Positions 25,141-32,723 of a stretch of DNA of 35,768 bases are shown piece after piece. Each line of letters begins with the position of its first letter. Positions within the stretch are counted from its first letter, which is position 1. The position numbers were made by a program, and so were the translations under genes. The notes beneath the pieces were generated by a model. The model was not told where the DNA came from, ran no database searches, and saw only the letters and a program-made list of their open reading frames with translations. The stretch comes from a virus (lineage: Duplodnaviria > Caudoviricetes), in the IMG/VR virus record IMGVR_UViG_3300049828_000055, positions 1 through 35,768 of that record, one strand, 5' to 3'.

Positions 25141-26640
25141 CTAAACCCCTGAAAGCCTGACTCTAACAGCTTCTGTTATTCTGTCCTGAGTTTCCCCCTT
25201 ACCCAAGCACACAGACAAAACGTCCTCGTCCACAGTATCCTCTGCTATGATGTGGTGCATGAAAACCTTGTCCCTCGTCTGCCCTGATCTGTGCAAACGC
25301 TTCACGAACTGCCTGTATAACTCCAAGGACCATGAAAGTCCATACCAGACCGCGATGTTCGATCCCTTCTGGATATTCAGCCCGTGGCCTGCGGAAGCCG
25401 GGTGCGTGAGAAGCCCCTTGATTCGGCCTGCGTTCCAGTCCCGAATGTCGTCTTTGCTTTCCCCGAAAACCCTGATCCACGGGAACCGCTTCTTGATCGC
25501 CAAAAGGTCGAACTTGAACGAATACGCAATCAGGACCGGCGTCCCGGCAGCTTCCTCGAAAATGGATTCCAGAATATCAATCTTCTCGTCGTGGACAAAG
25601 ATGCCCTCTTTCACATCGTCATAGATCGACCCGTTTGCAAGCTGAAGCAGTTTTCCAGTCAAGACCCCACGGTTTACAGCCTCGACAAATGTCGGATCAC
25701 CAGCCCGGTTGACCAATTCGACATAAAGTTCCTTCTCCATTTCCCGGTATATGCTCCGGGCCTTGGGCGGCAGCTTTACCGTATGGTGAACCGGAATCAT
25801 CGGCGGCAATGTCAGGTAGTCTTCTTCCCGCAGGCTAAAGAACCGATCCTTGATCCGGCCCATGATCTCGGCCTCTGCGTGAGGCAGGGGCGTGATGGAA
25901 TTGTCGTATTTGTCTTCGTGGAACCACCGCTGCTTGAAGGCCGTCATGGACCGCCCCAGACGCTCCCCACCGTCGACCGCGAACATCGGGCCGTAAAGGT
26001 CGATCAGGCCGTTAGGGGCCGGGGTGCCTGACAGACCGATGATCCTCTTGTGCGAAGCCCTGTGGGCCTGCATGACCCCTAACTCCGTCAGACCGGCCTT
26101 GATCCCCTTCTTGCGTTGCTCCCGGCTTTGGTGGACCCGCAGCATCCCGCGCTTCTGCCGGGAAATCTCGTCAACGGTCAGCATGTCGAACGGCCAGCCA
26201 CGACCAGCGAAGACCTCGTGCAACCAGCGCAGATTCTCCCGGTTGATGATGGTCGCCTGCGCGTCCTGTTTCAGCGCCGCCATCCGCTCGTCTTCATTCC
26301 CGGTCACGACCCGGAAGGTCAGATCGCGGGAAAAATCCCATGTCCTGATTTCCTCGGGCCAAGTGTTCTCGGCCACATACAGCGGGGCCACGATCAGGGG
26401 CCGTTTGACCTCACCGGCAGCGATCAAGGCCGTGGTCGCCTTCAGCACCGCGCCGGTCTTCCCCAGACCCATTTCCGCGCCCATGATGCAGCCGGGCAAT
26501 TCGGCCATCGTGTCAGCCATCCACCGCTGATAAACGCGGAAGTCCTCGTAGGTCAGGATGGTGTCAGGCGGGCCGTAGATCAGTTCCACGGCCTCTGTGT
26601 TGGTCAGATGCTTGGGCAGGATCAGCTTGGCCTTTGCCAT
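25141..26640 (-). CDS. SNF2-like superfamily 2 DNA helicase (499 aa)
   Basis: EMGLGKT, IVAP, DE, LSGTP.PNGL.DL, KLLQLANG and HPASAGHGLN.Q motifs. ATG 26640 overlaps the VRR-NUC stop (TGATG) and is preferred over 26856. Confidence 0.93.
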   Translation of the reverse strand: MAKAKLILPKHLTNTEAVELIYGPPDTILTYEDFRVYQRWMADTMAELPGCIMGAEMGLGKTGAVLKATTALIAAGEVKRPLIVAPLYVAENTWPEEIRTWDFSRDLTFRVVTGNEDERMAALKQDAQATIINRENLRWLHEVFAGRGWPFDMLTVDEISRQKRGMLRVHQSREQRKKGIKAGLTELGVMQAHRASHKRIIGLSGTPAPNGLIDLYGPMFAVDGGERLGRSMTAFKQRWFHEDKYDNSITPLPHAEAEIMGRIKDRFFSLREEDYLTLPPMIPVHHTVKLPPKARSIYREMEKELYVELVNRAGDPTFVEAVNRGVLTGKLLQLANGSIYDDVKEGIFVHDEKIDILESIFEEAAGTPVLIAYSFKFDLLAIKKRFPWIRVFGESKDDIRDWNAGRIKGLLTHPASAGHGLNIQKGSNIAVWYGLSWSLELYRQFVKRLHRSGQTRDKVFMHHIIAEDTVDEDVLSVCLGKGETQDRITEAVRVRLSGV

Positions 26641-26933
26641 CAGAACGGCCCTCCGGGTGGCGTGGGCAGGCCAAGGATGCGCCGGGCGTCGGTCAGGTTG
26701 TCGACCCAATGAACCTCGGCCCCGGCGCGGCGCAGGCGCTCGTGGTCCCGAAGCTGGCCGATCCGGGGCTTCTTGCCGCTGCGCTTGAACTCGATCCAGA
26801 CGTGCCTTCCTGCCTTGATGAAAAGCCGGTCGACTGCGTTCCGCTTCCGCACCCACGAAACCTTCTCGACAAACCAGCCCGCCGCCTCGGCTTCATCGCA
26901 GGCGTTCAATTCGACGTAGGATTCGAGGGGCAC
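26640..26933 (-). CDS. VRR-NUC domain nuclease
   Basis: LESYVE...A...GW...K, DRLF, WIEFK..GK.P...Q...H..L..AG..V.WVD motifs; probable GTG start at 26933. Confidence 0.88.
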   Translation of the reverse strand: MPLESYVELNACDEAEAAGWFVEKVSWVRKRNAVDRLFIKAGRHVWIEFKRSGKKPRIGQLRDHERLRRAGAEVHWVDNLTDARRILGLPTPPGGPF

Positions 26934-26937
26934 ATAG

Positions 26938-27297
26938 TCAGGCAAGAGGCTGATCCACGAAATCAGGGAATTCCCCACCCTTGGCGCGGCGCTCTTGCTC
27001 GGCAGCTATGGCTACTGCTTGCTCTTTCGTCAGGACTCCGTTAAGAACAATTTCCCCAACAATGCGGAAATTATCCCCATCTGTCGGAACGTTTTCCTCG
27101 GAATCGAAGCGAAGTTGGGAAAATTTCCCGGAAAAGAACACCGAAGCCAAACGAACCCACCGATGCCCGACGACATCTTGGAAATCGTCCTTCGAGACTT
27201 CCTGATAAACGACCATCGGTCGGCAGGTCGCTTCGTCCGTAACAAAGTCAACGATTCGGTAGACCCCACCTTTTTCGTGCCGCCAGTAGATTTCCAT
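26938..27297 (-). CDS. DUF1653-domain protein
   Basis: 119 aa. YWRHEKGGVY.I......E.T...MVVY......WVR....F motif. Confidence 0.75.
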   Translation of the reverse strand: MEIYWRHEKGGVYRIVDFVTDEATCRPMVVYQEVSKDDFQDVVGHRWVRLASVFFSGKFSQLRFDSEENVPTDGDNFRIVGEIVLNGVLTKEQAVAIAAEQERRAKGGEFPDFVDQPLA

Positions 27298-27300
27298 GAT

Positions 27301-29412
27301 TCAATCCTTCATCCAGACCTTCGTGATAAATCCCGCCGACCCGAGGGGCATATCCGGCCCCCATTTCGGCGGCGTTTCCATGCACTCCCGCATGATCTCC
27401 AACTCGTTTGAAGCGTTGCCTTCCAGCGCCAGCGCGACCGCCTGATCGTGAACGTGAATCCGCAGGTCCAGACCGCGCCGGTCGCACAGAAGCATCGAGT
27501 GGGCGAGCAGATCGCGGGCGATGGCTTGGTCTGCGTTCTCGGTCAGCTTGCCGGGGTGCGTGGGCTGGCGCACCCATTGCTTGCGGTCGTTCAGGCCCTC
27601 ATAGGTGATGGTGTCGCGGACCTCCCCCCACGGGGTCTTCTGCGGCTCAATGCGGGGGCGGCAGTAGTGCAGGCAGCGCCCTGAAGGCAACCGCATCCGC
27701 AGGAACGGCCCGTGCATGTCGAACGTGACCGCACCGAAGCCCTGACCATACTTGATCGCGCGCCCGGTCGTGATCGCTTTCTTCGCTGCTCGTTCGATCC
27801 CATACCAGTATTCTTTGACTTCCTCGAATTCACGCCGGAAGACTTCTACTGAAAGGGCTGACTGCTCTTTCGTGAATTGCTTGATGCCCATATCCCAAGC
27901 ATACCCAAGCAAACCTGTTCCCTCAATTTCTCCTGTCTGGCGATTAACCTTAACATCGCCTGCGCCGAGCATGTATCCACAACCAAGAACTCCGGGCTTG
28001 GAGATCGTTCGTTTGACTGAATCCCCGGCTTGGTATTCCGCCCACAATTCATCATAGGTTCCCCCGAACAAATAGGTGGCAAAGTCGATATAGGGATCAC
28101 GGTTCAGTTTGAAGACCCGAAGGATTTTCGGGCATTGCGCGATCCACCCGAGGACCCGGTTTTCAATAGCGTTCAGGTCGCGGTCGACCAGCGTGTATCC
28201 TTCCGGGGCCTGTGCGGTCGACCGCAGGCACGAGGCCAGTAGGTCGAACAAGTTTCCGTAGACCAGCTTGATTCGCTGATAGTCCAGAACCTCGACATGG
28301 GCCGCGTGGGTGACGATCCCCTTCTCGAACATCTTTTCGGGTCTAGGCAGGTTTTGCCCCTGCCAGCCGCGCCCGGCCCATCGCCACGTCCGCGCCGCCC
28401 CGGCAAACTGGAAAGCCCCGCGCAGGTTGCCATCGTCGTCCGTGCGCTCGATAAGGGCTTGGTATTTCTTGATGGAAGTCCGAGCGGTTTCAGACCGCAA
28501 ATCAAGGACCTCTTTCAGCGTCTCATTGCTGCAATATTCTTCCCACTGATCCTGCTCCCAATGGTCCGGTTTGACCTCGAAGTATGATCTGGCGGTCTTG
28601 ATGTGCGCTTTCTGCACATCGTCAAACATATAGCCTTGCTGCTGAAGCCAAGGCAAAATCTGCTGCGTCGAATTCGGGTTTTTCAACCCGGTCAATTCTT
28701 CCATCAGTGTGAAGGAATCCCGCAGAACGTTGTCATAAATCTTGATAGCATTTCGAACCATGTCGAGATTGATAGGAATCCCGGCCATGTTGATCTTCTG
28801 ATCCAGATGCCACAATTCCCACTCGTGGTCTGGCATGGGGCGAAACTGGTTGAGTCGCCGCCGAATTGCGGTTTCTGTCACCACGTCGCCCCGGTTGTAG
28901 GTCAGGTAGTTTTCCCAATCCTCTAGGTCTTCATACCAATAGGTCCGAACCAGTTGCCCCATTAGCGCCCGCTTGCGCGACACCTTCGGCTTCGAGAATT
29001 TGGTTATGAGCCTTTTGCCCATTGCCATCTTTTGCTGATCTTCAGGCAGGTCGATAATCGGCCCGACTTTTTCCAGCTTGCCCGGAAATGAACACGCATA
29101 GGCCATGACCATCGTGTCGCGCCACTGTGGGATTATCAGCGGCATTTTCAGACAGTTTTGGGTAATCTGCATTTCGAAGGGGGCATTCCACGCCCACTTC
29201 TCGACCTCGGGATCAACCAAGGCTTCTTCCAGCAGACGCGGCATAGGTTCCCCCTGCGCCGCGTCCCACTGAATAGGCTCGCCCATGTTGAGGTTGAAAG
29301 ACCCCATCAGGACTTCCGTATCGGGATGCCTAGAATACCGAGACGAGCCGACCTTCATCAGATCGACCGTCCCATAGGTTTCAAAATCAAGTCCAAGACT
29401 ATCTGCGGCCAT
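27301..29412 (-). CDS. Family A DNA polymerase with 3'-5' exonuclease
   Basis: 703 aa. ExoI DFET, ExoII WNA.FE, ExoIII YN..DV; RT.RWAGR..Q.QNLPR, motif A DL.AIE.RVL, motif B R...K...L...Y, EN..QA.ARD and motif C HVHDQ. Confidence 0.95.
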   Translation of the reverse strand: MAADSLGLDFETYGTVDLMKVGSSRYSRHPDTEVLMGSFNLNMGEPIQWDAAQGEPMPRLLEEALVDPEVEKWAWNAPFEMQITQNCLKMPLIIPQWRDTMVMAYACSFPGKLEKVGPIIDLPEDQQKMAMGKRLITKFSKPKVSRKRALMGQLVRTYWYEDLEDWENYLTYNRGDVVTETAIRRRLNQFRPMPDHEWELWHLDQKINMAGIPINLDMVRNAIKIYDNVLRDSFTLMEELTGLKNPNSTQQILPWLQQQGYMFDDVQKAHIKTARSYFEVKPDHWEQDQWEEYCSNETLKEVLDLRSETARTSIKKYQALIERTDDDGNLRGAFQFAGAARTWRWAGRGWQGQNLPRPEKMFEKGIVTHAAHVEVLDYQRIKLVYGNLFDLLASCLRSTAQAPEGYTLVDRDLNAIENRVLGWIAQCPKILRVFKLNRDPYIDFATYLFGGTYDELWAEYQAGDSVKRTISKPGVLGCGYMLGAGDVKVNRQTGEIEGTGLLGYAWDMGIKQFTKEQSALSVEVFRREFEEVKEYWYGIERAAKKAITTGRAIKYGQGFGAVTFDMHGPFLRMRLPSGRCLHYCRPRIEPQKTPWGEVRDTITYEGLNDRKQWVRQPTHPGKLTENADQAIARDLLAHSMLLCDRRGLDLRIHVHDQAVALALEGNASNELEIMRECMETPPKWGPDMPLGSAGFITKVWMKD

Positions 29413-29746
29413 TGCGATACGCTTCCTTCACGTTTTCAGATCGCGTTCCGTATCGTAAATTCACTAGCCTATTATCTGACGCGATGTCTTGACCGTGCAG
29501 GGTTTCCATCCCTTCCGGTAAAGGCCCAACGAAAGCCTCTAAAACAAGCAGATGAACGTATCGAGAATTGTTCTTACCACAAGCGACCGTAAGGTGCCCC
29601 GAACTAGTCATTCCGGGGGAAAGCAGACGACCCCTATAACTCCACAGACCCCGAGCAGTCTTCACCACTCGATCTGCAGAACGAACGCGCCCGAGGTTAG
29701 AAACCTCGTAGCCCGGCTCGCTAGGGATCGCCCGCCATTCTTCCAT
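29399..29746 (-). CDS. NUMOD4 + HNH homing endonuclease
   Basis: 115 aa. EEWRAIP...GYEVSNLGRVRS (NUMOD4) and VH.LVLEAFVGP.P.G...H......DNRL.NLRYGT.SEN (HNH); overlaps both neighbours. Confidence 0.9.
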   Translation of the reverse strand: MEEWRAIPSEPGYEVSNLGRVRSADRVVKTARGLWSYRGRLLSPGMTSSGHLTVACGKNNSRYVHLLVLEAFVGPLPEGMETLHGQDIASDNRLVNLRYGTRSENVKEAYRNGRR

Positions 29747-30387
29747 CAGATCAGGCCGCTGTCGTCGTCGCCCGAGTCGCCCATGTCGCCTTCGCTGCCC
29801 ACCATGTCGTCGGTGAACTTCTCGTTGGGATCGACCGGGGCTGCGCCGAAGGCTTCGCCGTCACGGAGGAACTGGACGACCTCGACCGAGGCGTTGATCC
29901 TCTTGCCGTATTTCTTGTCGTCCTGCGCCCACAGGCGAACCAGCCCGTTGACATAGCACCCGGCATAGGGGCACCGCTCGTTGCCCGGCTCGGCCTTGAT
30001 CCACTTGCCTTCGGCGTCACGGCGATTCGTGATAACCTGCGGCTTGCGGTCGACCGGCGAACTGGCCGACAGGTAGAAGTTGCCCGCGAAGCCATCCCAA
30101 TCTTCGAGATCGCCATCGCGCAGGCAGAGTTTTTCCGGCTTCAGCTTCGGCCACGCCGACTGATCCGGCCCCCACTTCTTGGCCTTGGCTTCGTCTGCCG
30201 CCTTCTTGATCCGGGCAATGTTGTTGAATTCATCCCCCTTCTTGGGGATCAGAAAGTTGGCCTTGAAGACCTTCCGCATTTCCCCATCATCGTTCTCCCG
30301 TTCCTGCGGCTGGAACAGCGCCGGGAACGACAGCCGCACGTTGCGAAGCAGAACCTCGCCAACGATCTCTTTCTTATCAGTCGCCAT
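29746..30387 (-). CDS. Single-stranded DNA-binding protein (DUF2815 / T7 gp2.5-like)
   Basis: 213 aa. NVRLSFP.LF, LRDGD, YAGCYVN and VQF.RDGEAFG motifs; acidic C-terminal tail; AGGAG SD. Confidence 0.9.
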   Translation of the reverse strand: MATDKKEIVGEVLLRNVRLSFPALFQPQERENDDGEMRKVFKANFLIPKKGDEFNNIARIKKAADEAKAKKWGPDQSAWPKLKPEKLCLRDGDLEDWDGFAGNFYLSASSPVDRKPQVITNRRDAEGKWIKAEPGNERCPYAGCYVNGLVRLWAQDDKKYGKRINASVEVVQFLRDGEAFGAAPVDPNEKFTDDMVGSEGDMGDSGDDDSGLI

Positions 30388-30397
30388 CTTGATTCTC

Positions 30398-31684
30398 CTA
30401 GATCAGCGTGTCGGTTTCAGAAGCCCCGATAGCCGCATCGAAGCGTTCTTCTCGGGTTGCGCGAGATTTCCGGCTGTCTTCGTCAACAACCAGTTGGGGC
30501 TTCGCGTCCCCAAGAGCCGCCAGCGCCTCGTAACGCTTGCGGTATAGTGCCTTGCCGATAACTTCCTCCACTTGGGCGGGCGAAAGCAGCTTGTGAATGT
30601 AGGGATCGCCAATCCGCTTATCGGCCTTCAGAATTGTGGAAGCCTTGGCTTCGTTAATCCAAGCCCGAGGCGAACGCCTACCTTCGACCAACTTCATGCC
30701 CGGAACTGGACGGCCATTTTCAGCGTCGTCATAAGCGTCCGCGTGGAGCCTATCCAACCACTTTTCGATCATGCCCTTATGCAGCAGAATTTGCGACCGC
30801 TGCTCGGGGTCGAGAACGCGAGGCAATTCCAACTCTTGGCCTTCCCGGAATTGGCCCGTCAGGTCGTCCAGCTTGGAGTCAAATTGGGAAAGCAGGAATG
30901 CAGCGTGTTCCGGGCAGACGTTCTTGCGAGCGCCCATGCAGAACTGGCATTGCTTCGGACCGGGAATGCGGGGGGCATTGGGATCGTAAGTCAGGGCCGC
31001 ATCGCGCTTGATGTGTTCCGCCCGGCGCAGCAAATCGGCCAGCGAGATCGTCCACTCGCCGCCACCACCGGGGGCGCGCGGCTGTTCGATGATAATCTGG
31101 ATTTCGAATGACTCGAAACTGTCGCCGTCACCCGGCTCCACGCCCTGCGCCCACATGGTCGACTCGATCAGGTCGCACAGATAGTCGTTCCAGATGCCGA
31201 GGCCGTAGAGAAGGCCCTGATCGTTCTCGACAGGGCTGACCGGGATGCCTGCGCCCCACTTCCAATCGAAGACGATGGCTTTCCACCGCCTGATCGAAAT
31301 GATCCCAAGGTCCATCGTGCCGAACTGGTTGGGGCCAAGCCAAGGCGATAGGTCGACCTTCTTCTCAACAATCACGATGTCGCCCGGCTCCATCAGGGCG
31401 CGAGCATAGTCCAGACCGGACTGCATCTTGTTGACCATTTCGGCGGTCATTTCGAGGGTGCCGTGTTCTTCGACCGTCAGTTTGTGCCCGAGGAAGACAT
31501 CGGGGTCTAGCCCGGTTTCGAGGCAGATCGCGGCGAAGTGGTGGAAGACCGTGCCCTGCGCCGCTTCCATCCCTGCCTCGTTAGGCAGGGTCGCTTCGAG
31601 GGCCACCGATCCGGGGCACCGACGATAGCGGTGCGCGGCGGAAGGCCCGAGCGAGGAATGCAATTGGAAATCGTCGTCAGCCAA
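30398..31684 (-). CDS. DUF2800 / Cas4-like PD-(D/E)XK exonuclease
   Basis: 428 aa, TTG start after GAGG. HS.L.PS.AHR...CPGS, GT..H, FGT.D, DWKWG.G, Q..LYGLG, CQFC......C and PG.KLVEGR motifs. Confidence 0.9.
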   Translation of the reverse strand: MADDDFQLHSSLGPSAAHRYRRCPGSVALEATLPNEAGMEAAQGTVFHHFAAICLETGLDPDVFLGHKLTVEEHGTLEMTAEMVNKMQSGLDYARALMEPGDIVIVEKKVDLSPWLGPNQFGTMDLGIISIRRWKAIVFDWKWGAGIPVSPVENDQGLLYGLGIWNDYLCDLIESTMWAQGVEPGDGDSFESFEIQIIIEQPRAPGGGGEWTISLADLLRRAEHIKRDAALTYDPNAPRIPGPKQCQFCMGARKNVCPEHAAFLLSQFDSKLDDLTGQFREGQELELPRVLDPEQRSQILLHKGMIEKWLDRLHADAYDDAENGRPVPGMKLVEGRRSPRAWINEAKASTILKADKRIGDPYIHKLLSPAQVEEVIGKALYRKRYEALAALGDAKPQLVVDEDSRKSRATREERFDAAIGASETDTLI

Positions 31685-31739
31685 GGGAACCTCACGGGGG
31701 GAGTTTCAGCAGTAGAACAAAGCATGAATTTGGTTTGGT

Positions 31740-31820
31740 GGCAACCGGGCAAACTGCCAATCGACCCGGTTGCCTCCACCGGCCCCGCATCCGGGAGGAC
31801 GTGGGGGTGGGGCCAGTGGA
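31740..31820 (-). promoter_or_regulatory. Two abutting intergenic stem-loops
   Basis: GGCAACCGGG/CCCGGTTGCC (31740-31749/31765-31774) and TCCACCGGCCCC/GGGGCCAGTGGA (31775-31786/31809-31820; G-U pair on the minus strand); no U-tract. Confidence 0.55.
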
Positions 31821-31825
31821 TTCGC

Positions 31826-32263
31826 TTACAGCAGGCCAGCGCCCTCGCCATCGTCGCCGCTGCCATCGTCTTCCAGCGCCTCGAACTCGACTTCGCCACC
31901 AGCTTCCCAAGTGTCGAGGTATTCGAGCAGCTTCGGGAAATGCTTGGCGTCGATCTCGGTCAGCTTCGGTGCGCCGTAGTGGGCGACCAGCGCCCGCACG
32001 TTGCCAAGGGCCTCGTCGCGGGTGGCCTCGTTCTTCATGTAGTTGCCGAACCGGGTCGAGATCACGGTCACGGACGGGGCCTTGGGCGCTTCGGTTTTCT
32101 TGCCAGCGGCAGGGGCTTTCGCACCCGCAGCGGGGGCCTTCGCACCCGCAGCAGCCGGGGTCGTCGCAGCCGGGGCCTTGGCACCGGCCAGCATCTTTTC
32201 GAGCAGGCCATTCTGCTTGTCGACGGATGCTGTCAGCTTCGCAATTGCGTCTTCGAGGGACAT
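31826..32263 (-). CDS. Conserved hypothetical protein upstream of DUF2800 (helical N-terminus, Ala/Pro linker, small C-terminal domain)
   Basis: 145 aa with an AAGGA SD. MSLEDAIAKLT..., three GAKAPAA repeats and L..HYGA.KL.EI....F; typical first gene of this replication module. Confidence 0.8.
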   Translation of the reverse strand: MSLEDAIAKLTASVDKQNGLLEKMLAGAKAPAATTPAAAGAKAPAAGAKAPAAGKKTEAPKAPSVTVISTRFGNYMKNEATRDEALGNVRALVAHYGAPKLTEIDAKHFPKLLEYLDTWEAGGEVEFEALEDDGSGDDGEGAGLL

Positions 32264-32301
32264 AGCGTTCCTTTCGGGGTTGTTTGAGTCGGGGGCCGTC
32301 T

Positions 32302-32368
32302 GCCCTCAGACTGTCCACCTATGCCGTAGCATCCTTGTATTGTCAACAGCCCTCGGACAGTATATACC
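32302..32368. promoter_or_regulatory. Divergent sigma70-type promoters with candidate operators
   Basis: Minus strand: TTGACA(32346-32341)-N17-CATAGG. Plus strand: TTGTCA(32340-32345)-N17-TATACC(32363-32368). Near-direct repeat GCCCTCRGACWGT at 32302-32314 and 32349-32361. Confidence 0.5.
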
Positions 32369-32402
32369 GCCGAGACAGACACCCACTTGGAGACAATGCA
32401 AA

Positions 32403-32654
32403 ATGGCAGCTTACAGTTCGCCCGAGCAGGCGACGAACGATCTGCACCGGCTGATTCTGGTCGCTGTTCCGCCCAACAAACTCGGAAACAAGACGATCAT
32501 CCATTTCTGCGACCTGCTCGGCATGTCACGGTCGGCGGTGTGGAAGATGATTAAAAACCTGAAGATTCAGCCCGAAACGGCCAAGCGGATCGTGGAGATC
32601 AGCGAGGGCCGCGTCACTCTGGACCAGCTTCACCGCTTCGTCTACGGTGATTGA
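32403..32654 (+). CDS. Cro-like helix-turn-helix transcriptional regulator (83 aa)
   Basis: ATG 32403 with a GGAG SD; the ORF-track start at 32043 is an artefact. IHFCDLLGMSRSAVWKMI...I.P..AKRIVEISEGRVT..L is a Cro/YdaS-like pattern. Confidence 0.8.
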   Translation: MAAYSSPEQATNDLHRLILVAVPPNKLGNKTIIHFCDLLGMSRSAVWKMIKNLKIQPETAKRIVEISEGRVTLDQLHRFVYGD

Positions 32655-32723
32655 TCTGTTCGACAGGGGTGGCTTCTGACGAATCACCCATAAAACTCCA
32701 ACAACCCGGTATTAAATCGGGAA

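Noticed and set aside
26641-26856. ORF-track N-terminal extension of the helicase
   Set aside because: Lies within VRR-NUC in another frame and is low-complexity; the TGATG-coupled ATG at 26640 is more plausible.
30398-31684. Cas4-like nuclease as evidence of a CRISPR system
   Set aside because: No repeat-spacer array or other cas genes; DUF2800 is a standard member of this phage replication module.
31692-32402. ORF 31692..32318 (-) and the extension 32043..32402 (+) of the Cro-like gene
   Set aside because: Alternative-frame or antisense overlaps of the 145-aa gene and the promoter region; the real genes have clear SD sequences.
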